Assembly (NCBI GenBank): GCA_031399525.1
Contig: JANNOZ010000016.1
Span: 259,309 to 323,308, forward strand
Source of the DNA: Actinomycetes bacterium
GTDB taxonomy: Bacteria; Actinomycetota; Acidimicrobiia; Acidimicrobiales; CADCSY01
Direction of reading: 5' to 3'
DNA: 64,000 nucleotides
The notes under the pieces were generated by a model, which was not told the DNA's origin, searched no databases, and saw nothing but the letters and a program-made list of their open reading frames with translations. Below are positions 49,642-59,702 of the stretch, one piece after another (the first letter of the stretch is position 1; every line of letters begins with the position of its first letter). The translations under genes and the position numbers were made by a program.

Positions 49642-50922
49642 GTGCCCGGGACCGTGGTCGTCGGCACCCAATGGGGCGACGAGGGCAAGGGCAAGCTCAC
49701 CGACATCCTCGCCGGAGAGATGGACGTCGTTGTCCGCTATCAGGGTGGCCACAACGCGGGCCACACGATCGTGGTCGGCAACGAGAGCTTCGCCGTCCAG
49801 CTCGTGCCCAGCGGGATCCTGCACCCAGAGGTCATGAACGTGATCGGCAATGGGGTGGTCGTCGACCCCCAGGTGCTGCTCGACGAGCTGGCCATGCTCG
49901 AGGCTCGTGGCATCGACACCGCCAACCTGGTCGTCTCCGGCAATGCCCACCTGATCCTGCCGTACCACCAGGAGCTCGACATGCTGGCCGAGCGCCACCT
50001 GGGCAACGCCAAGCTGGGCACGACCAAGCGGGGCATCGGCCCCACCTACGCCGACAAGGCGGCCCGGGTCGGCATCCGGGTCCAGGACCTGCTCGATCCC
50101 AAGATCTTCCGTCAGAAGCTCGATGTGGCGCTCAAGGAGAAGAACGCCATCCTGGCCAAGGTCTACAACCGCCTGCCCCTGTCGGTCGACGACATCGCGA
50201 GCCACTACCTCGACGGCATCGCGCCGCTCTTGGCGCCCCGGATTGCCGATTCGGTGCAGCTGATCCACGAGGCCCTCGAAGCTGATCGCCAGGTCATGTT
50301 CGAGGGCGCTCAGGCCACCTTCCTCGACCTCGACCACGGGACCTATCCCTTCGTCACGTCTTCCAATCCGGTGGCTGGGGGCGCGTGCGTCGGCGCCGGC
50401 GTTGGACCCCGCGACCTCACCCGCATCATTGGCGTGACCAAGGCGTACCTGACCCGGGTGGGTGCCGGTCCCTTCCCCACCGAGCTGATCGATGCCACGG
50501 GCGACGGGCTCGTCGACCGGGGCCGCGAGTACGGCACCAATACCGGCCGTCGGCGCCGGCCGGGTTGGTTCGACGGGGTGATGTTGCGCCAGGCGGTGCG
50601 ACTCAACAGCCTCACCGAGATCTTCCTCACCAAGCTCGATGTTCTCGACCCGTTGCCGACCATCAAGGTGTGCGTGGCCTACGAGGTCGACGGAGAGCGG
50701 GTGACCCATGTGCCCTACCACCAGTCCCAGCTCCACCGGGCCGTGCCCGTCTACGAGGAGCTGCCCGGGTGGCAGGCCGACTGCTCGGAGGCCACGACGC
50801 TCGACGAGTTGCCCTCGGCCGCCCAGGACTACGTCCGGTTCCTGGCCGAGCTGGCCGGGGTGCCGGTGAGCTACGTCGGAGTCGGTCCGGGACGCCTCCA
50901 GACCGTCCACGTCGAGGGCTAG
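49642..50922 (+). CDS. purA: adenylosuccinate synthase
   Basis: 426-aa ORF: [15 protein letters not shown]-loop, GHNAGHT. Confidence 0.97.
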   Translation: MPGTVVVGTQWGDEGKGKLTDILAGEMDVVVRYQGGHNAGHTIVVGNESFAVQLVPSGILHPEVMNVIGNGVVVDPQVLLDELAMLEARGIDTANLVVSGNAHLILPYHQELDMLAERHLGNAKLGTTKRGIGPTYADKAARVGIRVQDLLDPKIFRQKLDVALKEKNAILAKVYNRLPLSVDDIASHYLDGIAPLLAPRIADSVQLIHEALEADRQVMFEGAQATFLDLDHGTYPFVTSSNPVAGGACVGAGVGPRDLTRIIGVTKAYLTRVGAGPFPTELIDATGDGLVDRGREYGTNTGRRRRPGWFDGVMLRQAVRLNSLTEIFLTKLDVLDPLPTIKVCVAYEVDGERVTHVPYHQSQLHRAVPVYEELPGWQADCSEATTLDELPSAAQDYVRFLAELAGVPVSYVGVGPGRLQTVHVEG

Positions 50923-50925
50923 CCC

Positions 50926-52146
50926 GTGCGGGTCTGTGTCGTGGGGGCCGGGGGTCGAGAACATGCGCTGGCCGATTCGTTCGGACGTCGGGGTCACGAC
51001 GTCGTCGTGACCCCGGGCAACCCCGGGATCCCCGGATCGGTCGCCACCGACCCCTTGTCGATTTCCGCCGACCTGTTCGTGATCGGGCCCGAGGTGCCTC
51101 TGGTCGCGGGTCTGGCCGACCGGCTCCGGGCCCAGGATCAGCGGGTCTTCGGCCCGGGTGCCGACGGCGCCCGGCTCGAGGGTTCGAAGGCGTGGATGAA
51201 GGAGGTGCTGGTCGAGGTAGGGGTGCCCACCGCCCGGCACGGGGTGTTCGCCGATCGGGCCGCGGCCGAATCGTTCCTGCGAACGTTGCCCGGCCCCTAT
51301 GTGGTCAAGACCGACGGCTTGGCCGCGGGCAAGGGGGTGTTGGTGACCGACGACTTCGACGAGGCGTGTGACGACGTGGCCGCCAAGCTGGCCGGCGCGG
51401 CGTTCGGCCCGGCGGGGCGGACTGTCGTCATCGAGGAGGCGATGGTGGGTCCCGAGCTGTCCCTGCTGGCCGTGTGCGACGGCACACGAGCGGTGGCGCT
51501 CTCGCCGGCCCAGGATCACAAGCGGGTGGGCGACGGCGACACCGGCCCCAACACAGGCGGTATGGGTGCCTACTCGCCGGTCGCGCTGGCCACCAGCACC
51601 CTGGTCGAGGAGTTGGTCGATCGTTGGATCGACCCAACCTTGCGGGTCCTTTCGGCGAGGGGCATCGACTATCGGGGGGTCTTGTACGCCGGGCTCATGG
51701 TGACGGCCGACGGGCCGAAGATGATCGAGTACAACGTGCGCTTCGGCGACCCGGAGACCCAGGTCGTGGTGCCTCGGATGACCAGCGACCTGGCCGAGCT
51801 GTTGGCCGAGGCCGCCGACGGCTCGCTGGATCAGACGCCGACCTTCACGACCGATGCCGCGGTGACCGTCGTCTGTGCCGCCGAGGGGTATCCGGGTACC
51901 CCCCGCATAGGAGATGTGATCGATGGCGTGGCCGAGGCCGAGGCCATCGAAGGGGTCGCGGTGTTCTGTGCCGGGGTCGATCGCGACGAAGATGGGCATC
52001 TCGTCACCGCCGGGGGTCGCGTCCTCGACGTCACCGGCGTCGGTGCCGATCTGGCCCAGGCCCGGGAGCGGGCCTACCAGGCCATCGACCGCATCTCGTG
52101 GCCGGGAATGCACTTTCGACGGGACATCTCGAGCGGAGCGCCATGA
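50926..52146 (+). CDS. purD: phosphoribosylamine-glycine ligase
   Basis: 406-aa ORF. MRVCVVGAGGREHALA N-terminus and ATP-grasp region. Confidence 0.96.
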   Translation: MRVCVVGAGGREHALADSFGRRGHDVVVTPGNPGIPGSVATDPLSISADLFVIGPEVPLVAGLADRLRAQDQRVFGPGADGARLEGSKAWMKEVLVEVGVPTARHGVFADRAAAESFLRTLPGPYVVKTDGLAAGKGVLVTDDFDEACDDVAAKLAGAAFGPAGRTVVIEEAMVGPELSLLAVCDGTRAVALSPAQDHKRVGDGDTGPNTGGMGAYSPVALATSTLVEELVDRWIDPTLRVLSARGIDYRGVLYAGLMVTADGPKMIEYNVRFGDPETQVVVPRMTSDLAELLAEAADGSLDQTPTFTTDAAVTVVCAAEGYPGTPRIGDVIDGVAEAEAIEGVAVFCAGVDRDEDGHLVTAGGRVLDVTGVGADLAQARERAYQAIDRISWPGMHFRRDISSGAP

Positions 52147-52175
52147 CGGTCGCCCTTCGGGTCAGATCAGCTCGA

Positions 52176-52391
52176 TCAGCGCAGGCGGCTGCGACCTCGA
52201 CTGCGCACACCGGCCATCTTCATGGCGCACTTGATGCACAGCGGGTCCTCGTGTGCTCCGAAGGGGTAGACCAGGCAGGGTTCGCAGAACGACCGACGGC
52301 AGAGCCGACACGTGCCCGACGCCGTGTCGAAGGCGTGCAACTCGCAGCTGGGCACGATCGGGTTCCTTTCGGGAGTCAGGAACCGTTCCAT
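52176..52391 (-). CDS. B-box-like double zinc-finger mini-protein with basic tail
   Basis: 71-aa ORF. C16-x2-H-x8-C-x2-C-x4-C-x2-C-x7-H-x4-C-x2-C, tail RSRGRSRLR. GC3 59/71 by hand count. No SD. Antisense to the pur genes. Confidence 0.5.
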   Translation of the reverse strand: MERFLTPERNPIVPSCELHAFDTASGTCRLCRRSFCEPCLVYPFGAHEDPLCIKCAMKMAGVRSRGRSRLR

Positions 52392-52411
52392 CGGAGCAGG
52401 AGAGCCGAGAC

Positions 52412-53716
52412 TTGATCGAAAGGTACGTATTGCCGGCCATGGCGTCGGTCTGGGGCGACGAGGCCCGCTTTCGCCGGTGGCTCGAGGTCGAGGTGCTCGC
52501 CACCGAGGCGTGGGCGCAGCTCGGCGTGGTTCCGGTCGCCGATGCCGCGGCCGTCCGCGAGCGGTCTCCGGTGGTGGACGACGCGTTCGTGGCCCGGGTG
52601 GCCGAGCGCGAAGCGGTGACCGATCACGACGTCGCCGCGTTCGTCGACGTGGTCCAAGAGGCCGTCGGCTTCCCGGCCGGTTCGTGGGTCCACTACGGAC
52701 TCACGTCCTCTGACGTCGTCGACACTGCCCTGTGCGCCGACCTCACCGCGGCCACAGACCTCCTCCTCGACGCATCGACGCAGTTGGTAGACGTGTTGCG
52801 TCGGCGAGCGCTCGAGTTCCGGCACACTGCGATGGTGGGTCGGACCCATGGCATCCACGCCGAGCCCACCACGTTCGGCTTCAAGCTGGCGTTGTGGGCC
52901 CTACAGGCCGATCGTGATCGCCAGCGCCTCGGCCGAGCCCGGGAGGGTGTGGCGGTGGGCAAGCTGTCGGGCGCGGTGGGGACGTACTCCAACATCGATC
53001 CGGCAGTGGAGCGGTCGGTGTGTGCGGCGCTGGGACTCACTCCGGTGCCGGCGACCCAGGTCATCGCTCGTGATCGCCACGCCGAGCTGCTGTGGGCGTG
53101 CGCCAGTGTGGGCGCATCGGTCGAGTCGTTCGCCACCGAGATTCGACATCTGCAGCGCACGGAGGTGGGCGAAGCCGAAGAGGGCTTCCGGCCGGGTCAG
53201 AAGGGGTCGTCGGCCATGCCCCACAAGCGCAACCCGATTCGCTCCGAGCGCCTGGCCGGGTTGGCCCGGGTGTTGCGGGGCAACCTCTCGGCGGCCCTCG
53301 AGGACGTGGCGCTCTGGCACGAGCGCGATATCTCCCACAGTTCGGTGGAGCGCATCATCCTGCCCGATTCGACCCAACTGGCTCACTACGTCCTGGTGAC
53401 CATGGCTGGGGTGGTCGATCGTCTGGTTGTGAAGCCGGACCGGATGCTGGAGAACCTCGACCTGTCCTATGGCCTGGTGTTCAGCCAACCCGTCCTCCTG
53501 GCGTTGGTGGCCGGGGGCCTGCCCCGCGACGACGCCTACCGGATCGTGCAGGATGTGGCGATGACGGCGTGGCAGGAGCGGCGTCCGTTCCGCGAGCTGC
53601 TCGAAGCCGACCCGCGTGTGACGCTGCCCCCCGAGCGTCTCGACGAAGCCTTCGACCTCGCCCGGGCGCTGCGACACACCGCGTCGGTGTTCGACGCCCT
53701 CGAGGAGATCCCGTGA
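52412..53716 (+). CDS. purB: adenylosuccinate lyase
   Basis: Track ORF 52253..53716. Start set to TTG 52412 (LIERYVLPAMASVW) after GGAGCAGGAGAG. Fumarate-lyase signature GSSAMPHKRNP. Confidence 0.94.
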   Translation: MIERYVLPAMASVWGDEARFRRWLEVEVLATEAWAQLGVVPVADAAAVRERSPVVDDAFVARVAEREAVTDHDVAAFVDVVQEAVGFPAGSWVHYGLTSSDVVDTALCADLTAATDLLLDASTQLVDVLRRRALEFRHTAMVGRTHGIHAEPTTFGFKLALWALQADRDRQRLGRAREGVAVGKLSGAVGTYSNIDPAVERSVCAALGLTPVPATQVIARDRHAELLWACASVGASVESFATEIRHLQRTEVGEAEEGFRPGQKGSSAMPHKRNPIRSERLAGLARVLRGNLSAALEDVALWHERDISHSSVERIILPDSTQLAHYVLVTMAGVVDRLVVKPDRMLENLDLSYGLVFSQPVLLALVAGGLPRDDAYRIVQDVAMTAWQERRPFRELLEADPRVTLPPERLDEAFDLARALRHTASVFDALEEIP

Positions 53717-54621
53717 CGGCGCTCTCGTTGCCGTTCCCCCATCTCTACTCGGGGAAGGTGCGCGACAGCTATGACGCCGGCGACGACCGGTTGCTGCTGG
53801 TCGCGTCCGACCGGATCTCGGCGTTCGACGTGGTCATGGCCGAGCCCGTGCCCCAGAAGGGCCGCGTGCTCACTGCCATGTCGGCGTTCTGGTTCGAGAC
53901 GCTGGCCGACATCGCGCCGAGCCACCTGATCTCCACTGATCTGACCGATCTTCCGCCGGCCGCCCAGCTTCCCGAGCTGGAGGGTCGCTTCATGTTGTGC
54001 CGTCGGGCCGAGATGCTCCCGATCGAATGCATCGTCCGCGGTTACCTCTCCGGGTCGGCGTGGAGGGAGTACCGAACCTCAGGCTCGATCCATGGCATAC
54101 CGATGCCCAAGGGCTGGCGAGAGTCCGACCAGCTTCCCGAGCCGGTGTTCACTCCGTCGACCAAGGCGGTCGACGGCCATGACCGCAACATCTCCTTTGC
54201 CGATGCGGTCGAGCTGGTGGGCACCGACGTCGCCGAGGCGGCCCAGGCCATCTCCTTGACGCTGTACCAGCGGGGCGCCGAGCTGGCCGCGACCCGGGGA
54301 ATCGTCATTGCCGACACCAAGTTCGAGCTCGGCTTCGTCGACGGAGAGCTGGTCGTGGCCGACGAGGTCCTGACCCCTGATTCGTCCCGTTTCTGGCCCG
54401 TCGACGCGGTGGAGCCGGGCACGACGCCACCCTCGTTCGACAAGCAGCCCCTGCGGGACTTCCTCGACGGGCTGTCGTGGGACAAGGCGCCGCCACCTCC
54501 GGAGCTTCCCGCTGAGGTGGTGGCCTCGACCAGCTCGCGATACGTCGAGGCCTACGAGCGCATCACCGGCCGTTCACTGGCCGAGTGGCCGGGCACGACA
54601 ACCAATGGAGGAATGGCCTGA
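53713..54621 (+). CDS. purC: phosphoribosylaminoimidazole-succinocarboxamide (SAICAR) synthase
   Basis: In track ORF 53092..54621. GTG 53713 (GTGA overlap with purB stop) gives VTALSLPFPHLYSGKVRDSY...ASDRISAFD. Confidence 0.94.
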   Translation: MTALSLPFPHLYSGKVRDSYDAGDDRLLLVASDRISAFDVVMAEPVPQKGRVLTAMSAFWFETLADIAPSHLISTDLTDLPPAAQLPELEGRFMLCRRAEMLPIECIVRGYLSGSAWREYRTSGSIHGIPMPKGWRESDQLPEPVFTPSTKAVDGHDRNISFADAVELVGTDVAEAAQAISLTLYQRGAELAATRGIVIADTKFELGFVDGELVVADEVLTPDSSRFWPVDAVEPGTTPPSFDKQPLRDFLDGLSWDKAPPPPELPAEVVASTSSRYVEAYERITGRSLAEWPGTTTNGGMA

Positions 54622-54881
54622 TGGCGATCTACGGGGTGTTCGTCGAGGTGTCGCTGCGACCTGGCATCGCCGATCCGCAGGGGGCCACGGTCGAGCGTTC
54701 GCTCCCGACGCTCGGCTACTCGTCGGTCCGGGCGGTCCGGGTGGGCAAGGCCATTCGCTTCACTCTGGAAGCCGACGACGAGGCCACAGCCCGGGCCGAA
54801 GCCGAGGAGCTGTGCCAGCGCTTCCTGGCCAACCCGGTCATCGAGGAGACGACCGTCCAGGTCACAGAGGTGCACCGATGA
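54621..54881 (+). CDS. purS: FGAM synthase subunit PurS
   Basis: In track ORF 54585..54881. ATG 54621 (TGATG with purC stop) gives the 86-aa MAIYGVFVEVSLRPGIADPQGATVERSL. Confidence 0.92.
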   Translation: MAIYGVFVEVSLRPGIADPQGATVERSLPTLGYSSVRAVRVGKAIRFTLEADDEATARAEAEELCQRFLANPVIEETTVQVTEVHR

Positions 54882-55567
54882 GCGCTCGGGTCGGCGTCGT
54901 GGTCTTCCCGGGTTCGAACTGCGAGTTGGACGCCATGGAAGCCGTGCGGGTCGCAGGGGGATCGGCCGAGCTGCTCTGGCACGGCGATCACTCGCTGCGC
55001 GGGGTCGACGCCGTCGTGGTCCCCGGGGGCTTCGCCCACGGCGATTATCTCCGCCCCGGTGCTATTGCCCGGTTCTCGCCGGTGATGCAGGAGCTGGCCG
55101 AGTTCGCGGCCGACGGTGGACCAGTGGTTGGCATCTGCAACGGATTCCAGATCTTGACCGAGGCCGGGTTGCTCCCAGGGGCGCTGCAGAAGAATCGAGG
55201 GCTTACCTTCGTGTGCGCCCCCGTCGATGTTCGGGTGACCTCGACCGATTCCGTGCTCACGGTCGGAGTCGAGCGCGGCACCGTCCTACGGTTGCCGATC
55301 AACCACTTCGAGGGAAATTACACCTGCAGTGCCGAGGTGTTAGCTGAACTACGCGGTGAGGATAGAATTGTGTTGCGCTACGTCGACAACCCAAATGGGT
55401 CGGTCGATGACATCGCCGGGATCTGTTCACAGGGCCGCAACGTGGTGGGGCTCATGCCCCATCCCGAGCGAGCTATTCACGAGCTGCTCGGTTCGGATGA
55501 CGGCATCGCCCTGTGGCGGTCACTACTTGTCGCCGCCGGTGCCGACCTCGACGCCGTGGGCCGCTAG
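54878..55567 (+). CDS. purQ: FGAM synthase glutaminase subunit PurQ
   Basis: In track ORF 54605..55567. ATG 54878 (ATGA with purS stop) gives MSARVGVVVFPGSNCELD. Catalytic GICNGFQ and C-terminal MPHPER. Confidence 0.95.
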   Translation: MSARVGVVVFPGSNCELDAMEAVRVAGGSAELLWHGDHSLRGVDAVVVPGGFAHGDYLRPGAIARFSPVMQELAEFAADGGPVVGICNGFQILTEAGLLPGALQKNRGLTFVCAPVDVRVTSTDSVLTVGVERGTVLRLPINHFEGNYTCSAEVLAELRGEDRIVLRYVDNPNGSVDDIAGICSQGRNVVGLMPHPERAIHELLGSDDGIALWRSLLVAAGADLDAVGR

Positions 55568-55977
55568 CCGCCGGAGCGGGTGATTCCGGCCTTGGCCAGG
55601 ACCGGCGCAGGCACGCCCAGCTGACGCCAGGCCGAATAGGTGATGCCCTTACGCTGGCCGTACTCGGCCGCGGCCGCGATGAACCCGCCTTCGACCTCAC
55701 TGAGATCGACGGCCACGCCGATCGACGTCTTCTCCTGCTGGAGATCCATGCGCTCCTGAATGAGCGAGAGCCGCTTGATAGCGCTTGCTGTCTCGAGCGA
55801 TGCATCGATTGCTGCCAGGCGTCGATCGATCGACTCGGGGGTTCGCTTGCGTCCCCGCTTGGGCCGGTGGGCGTCGAGTGCTTCCAGGTAGGCCGAGACA
55901 GCTCGACTCTGGGTCCTTCCCTCGGCCATTGCTTGCTTGTGGGCGGGACTGACGGTGCGCTTTGCTCGTTCTGCCAT
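55564..55977 (-). CDS. small basic protein with AT-hook-like PKRGRKRTP motif, putative DNA-binding
   Basis: Track ORF 55564..56013. ATG 55977 gives MAERAKRTVSPAHKQAMAEGR. Central coiled-coil-like region. C-terminal GITYSAWRQLGVPAPVLAKAGI helix-loop-helix. No family assigned. Confidence 0.65.
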   Translation of the reverse strand: MAERAKRTVSPAHKQAMAEGRTQSRAVSAYLEALDAHRPKRGRKRTPESIDRRLAAIDASLETASAIKRLSLIQERMDLQQEKTSIGVAVDLSEVEGGFIAAAAEYGQRKGITYSAWRQLGVPAPVLAKAGITRSGG

Positions 55978-56161
55978 GGTCGAGATTCCATCATTTCGGG
56001 CCAGGTAATGCAATCTTGTCGAGAACCACTTGTGGTGTCGATAGCGACAAAGTCGCCGATAGAAGTAGCCGACCGCGCTGGCGGCTCATGTGGCAGCACT
56101 TCGGGCCGCGGCCTACCGTGTTGCCGCCGTTGGCCGACGGGGCCGATGAAAAGGGGTTGGC

Positions 56162-57322
56162 ATGAGTGCGTTCGACAGCGTGGAATCGGACATCGCGAAG
56201 GTGGCACGGGAGCTGGCGCCGGCGATCCGGGCGTACTCCGATCAGGCCGAGGAAGAACGTCGACTGCCGGCCGAACTGGTGAAGTTGCTGGTCGACGCCG
56301 GCCTGTTCCGGATCTACCTCCCGGCGTCGCTCGGTGGACTCGAATGCAGCCTGCTCGAGTGCCATCAGGTCATCGAGGAGGTCGCCGCCGCCGACGGTTC
56401 GGCGGGCTGGTGCTTGCTCAAGGGATCGACCACCAACCTGCTCGGTGGCTTCTTCCCCCACGACGTGGCGGCCGAGATCTGGGCCGACCCTGACATCGTC
56501 ACCGGCGGCAGCTTCAACCCCATGAACGGCAAGGCCGTCGCCGTGGACGGCGGCTATCGCCTGACCGGTCGGTGGGACTGGGGTACCGGCTCGACCCACT
56601 CGGCATGGCTCATGGGCGGAGCAATGCTGTGGGAGGAGGGTGCCGAAGGTCCCATCTTCACCGAGACCGGCCCGGTCGTGCTGGCGTTCCTGTTCCCCCG
56701 GGCCGACGCCGAGATCGTCGACACCTGGTTCACCCACGGCATGCGGGGCACCGGATCCAATGACATCGTGGTCGAGGACCTGTTCGTCCCCGAGCGATTC
56801 TCGTTCGCCGGGTTGGGGGTGGCTCCGGTCGAGTCCGGCACGCTCTATCAGATCGGTTTCCATGCCCAAGCGGCCGTCCCTCACTCGGCGGTTGCCATCG
56901 GAATTGCCCGGGCTGCCATCGAGTCCTTCGTCGAGCTGGCGACCACCAAGGTCCCGCTCATGATGATGTCGACGCTGAAGGACCGGGAGTCGGCTCAGCA
57001 CAAGGTGGCCGAGGCCAGCGCGCTGGTGGACGCGTCCCGGGCCTACGCCTACCGGGTCATCGACGACGTCTGGACGACGGTCGCCGGGGGGTCGCCGCTC
57101 TCGGCCCAGCAGCTCTCGGCCATCAGTCTCATGGCCACGTGGACGACCAAGGCGTGTATCGAGGCCGTCGACCTCGTCTACGAGGCTGCCGGCGGGTCGG
57201 CCGTGTACTCGAAGAGCCCGATCCAACGTCACTTCCGCGACATCCATGTGGCCGGCTCGCACTTCAGCGTCGATGACCAAAAGTTCACCAACGCCGGCAA
57301 GGTCATCCTCGGCGTCGGTTGA
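56162..57322 (+). CDS. acyl-CoA dehydrogenase-fold flavoprotein (type-2 ACAD / flavin monooxygenase-like)
   Basis: 386-aa ORF. YRLTGRWDWGTGSTHSAW and HGMRGTGSNDIVVEDLFVPE motifs, typical of the ACAD-like oxygenase subgroup. Confidence 0.8.
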   Translation: MSAFDSVESDIAKVARELAPAIRAYSDQAEEERRLPAELVKLLVDAGLFRIYLPASLGGLECSLLECHQVIEEVAAADGSAGWCLLKGSTTNLLGGFFPHDVAAEIWADPDIVTGGSFNPMNGKAVAVDGGYRLTGRWDWGTGSTHSAWLMGGAMLWEEGAEGPIFTETGPVVLAFLFPRADAEIVDTWFTHGMRGTGSNDIVVEDLFVPERFSFAGLGVAPVESGTLYQIGFHAQAAVPHSAVAIGIARAAIESFVELATTKVPLMMMSTLKDRESAQHKVAEASALVDASRAYAYRVIDDVWTTVAGGSPLSAQQLSAISLMATWTTKACIEAVDLVYEAAGGSAVYSKSPIQRHFRDIHVAGSHFSVDDQKFTNAGKVILGVG

Positions 57323-57381
57323 CCTTCATGGGGGCTCAGCGTCAGGTGCGCTGACAGCGGTCCCCTAGGCTCCCGAACGCC

Positions 57382-59637
57382 ATGGACGCTCCCATCCACC
57401 GGGCCCTCGGGCTCACCGATGACGAAGCGGTCGATATCGAGCGCCTACTCGGCCGAGCACCGAACCACCTCGAGTTGGCCATGTACGCCGTCATGTGGTC
57501 CGAGCACTGTTCGTACAAGTCGTCGCGTCTGCACCTTCGTCGCCTTCCTACCGAGGCCCCGTGGGTTCTGGTCGGTCCGGGTGAGAACGCCGGGGTGCTG
57601 GACGTGGGCGACGGGATCGCCGCGGCCATCCGCATCGAGAGCCACAACCACCCGTCGGCCATCGAGCCCTACCAGGGCGCCGCGACTGGCGTCGGCGGCA
57701 TCCTGCGCGACATCTTCACCATGGGGGCCCGGCCCATCGCGGTGATGGATCCCCTGCGTTTCGGCCCACTCGACGACCCCCGGAGCCGCTGGATCCTCGA
57801 CGGGGTGGTGCGGGGCATCTCCGGGTACGGCAACGCGGTCGGAGTCCCCACCGTCGGCGGTGAGGTCGTCTGCGACGAGACCTATCTCGGCAACCCACTG
57901 GTCAACGTGCTGTGTCTGGGGCTGCTCCCCACCGACCGCCTCGTGCTGGGGCAGGCCAGCGGCGTCGGCAACCTGGCTGTCCTGCTCGGCTCGACGACCG
58001 GGCGCGACGGCATCGGCGGCGTATCGGTCCTGGCCTCCGCCGGGTTCGATGCCGACGACGACGGCTCGAAGCGACCCAGCGTTCAGGTGGGCGACCCATT
58101 CGAAGAGAAGCGGCTGATCGAGGCGTGCCTGGCGCTGCTCGACGCCGAACTGGTCGTGGGCATCCAGGATCTGGGTGGCGCCGGCATCACCTGTGCGACG
58201 TCGGAGACGGCGAGCCGAGGCGGCGTCGGCATGGACGTCGACGTGACCGCGGTGCCCCGGCGCGAAGTGGGCATGGAGCCGTTCGAGGTGATGACGTCGG
58301 AGAGTCAGGAGCGGATGTTGGCCATCGTCGAGCCCGACGATCTCGACGCCGTGCTGACGATCTGCAATCGCTGGGAAGTGCGGGCCACCGTCATCGGTCA
58401 AGTCACCGCGCCAGATGGGGCCGACGACGAAGGCCGCCCCGTCGGCCGTCTCCGCATCCTCGATGGCTTCGACGGCGCGGTCCTGGCCGACGTACCGGCC
58501 AGCTCGCTCCACGACGCCGCCCCGCTCTATGACCGACCCCTTCGGCCGGCGCCGCCGACGCAGGCTGTTCCCGATCCAGTGCCGTCCGGGGCCTTCGACC
58601 CAGGCGGCGACCTGCTCGACATGGTGATGGACACCTCGTGGGTATCGAGCCAGTACGACTCTCAGTTGTTCTTGAACACGGTCGAGGGCCCGGGAGGCGA
58701 CGCGGTCGTCCTGCGCCTCCGGCACCCGGTCACCGGCGCCGAAACCGGACGAGGACTGGCCCTGACGACCGACGGCAACCATCGGTGGTGCGCCGTCGAC
58801 CCCAAGGCGGGCACGGCCATGACGGTGGCCGAGTCGGTGCTCAACCTGGCCTGCGTCGGGGCCCGGCCCCTGGCTCTGGTCAATTGCCTGAACTTCGGGA
58901 ATCCCGAGCATCCCGAGGTCATGTGGCAGCTCTCGCAGGCCATCGACGGCATGGCCGAGGCGTGCCTCGCCTTCGGTGTGCCGGTGGTGGGCGGAAACGT
59001 GAGCCTCTACAACGAGAGCCGGGGCCACGACATCGACCCGACGCCCGTCGTCGGGCTCCTGGGCATGATCGACGCTCTGGTCCGTCGCCCACCTGGCGTG
59101 GGACTGGCCGACGGGGCCCACCTGCTCCTGATCGGGCCCCGCTCAGCCGACCTCGCCGGTTCGCGATGGGCGGCGAAGTCGTTCGGCGGTGGTCGCCCGG
59201 TAGGTGGGGTCCTGCCGACGCTCGACACCGACGGGCACCGGGCGGTGGCCGAGGTGGTTCGTCTCCTGGTGGTCGACGGACTCCTCGACGGACTGCACGA
59301 CGTGGCTGACGGCGGGTTAGCCGTAGCTTTGGCCGAGATGGCCTGTCGGTCAGGGTTGGGCGTGGTGGTCGACGGCCTCGACGGCGTCGGCGAGCTCTTC
59401 TCAGAGGCCCCGTCCCGAGTCCTGATCTGCGTGGCGCCGGACCAGATGGCCACCGTCTCGAACCGATGCCGTAAGGGCGGTGTCGCCGTGGCCGATCTCG
59501 GTGTCGCGGGTGGCGACCGCTTCGTGGTCCGCGGGTCCGACGGAGCGACGTTGATCGATCTGGCCCTGCCCGAGTTGATGGCGACCTGGCGGGATGCCTT
59601 GCCCATCGCTCTCGAGGCGGGAGCCGGCAGCTTCTGA
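57382..59637 (+). CDS. purL: FGAM synthase subunit PurL
   Basis: 751-aa ORF: [36 protein letters not shown]. Confidence 0.97.
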   Translation: MDAPIHRALGLTDDEAVDIERLLGRAPNHLELAMYAVMWSEHCSYKSSRLHLRRLPTEAPWVLVGPGENAGVLDVGDGIAAAIRIESHNHPSAIEPYQGAATGVGGILRDIFTMGARPIAVMDPLRFGPLDDPRSRWILDGVVRGISGYGNAVGVPTVGGEVVCDETYLGNPLVNVLCLGLLPTDRLVLGQASGVGNLAVLLGSTTGRDGIGGVSVLASAGFDADDDGSKRPSVQVGDPFEEKRLIEACLALLDAELVVGIQDLGGAGITCATSETASRGGVGMDVDVTAVPRREVGMEPFEVMTSESQERMLAIVEPDDLDAVLTICNRWEVRATVIGQVTAPDGADDEGRPVGRLRILDGFDGAVLADVPASSLHDAAPLYDRPLRPAPPTQAVPDPVPSGAFDPGGDLLDMVMDTSWVSSQYDSQLFLNTVEGPGGDAVVLRLRHPVTGAETGRGLALTTDGNHRWCAVDPKAGTAMTVAESVLNLACVGARPLALVNCLNFGNPEHPEVMWQLSQAIDGMAEACLAFGVPVVGGNVSLYNESRGHDIDPTPVVGLLGMIDALVRRPPGVGLADGAHLLLIGPRSADLAGSRWAAKSFGGGRPVGGVLPTLDTDGHRAVAEVVRLLVVDGLLDGLHDVADGGLAVALAEMACRSGLGVVVDGLDGVGELFSEAPSRVLICVAPDQMATVSNRCRKGGVAVADLGVAGGDRFVVRGSDGATLIDLALPELMATWRDALPIALEAGAGSF

Positions 59638-59702
59638 ACGTCGTCCCTACGGCGATCGTCGGCGTCGGTGGAGTCGTCGGGGGCCCGTGCCAGACTGGAC
59701 GG

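Noticed and set aside
49360-52113. 917-aa minus-strand ORF
   Set aside because: Antisense to purA and purD, both with clear catalytic motifs. The translated sequence has no recognisable domain. Shadow ORF.
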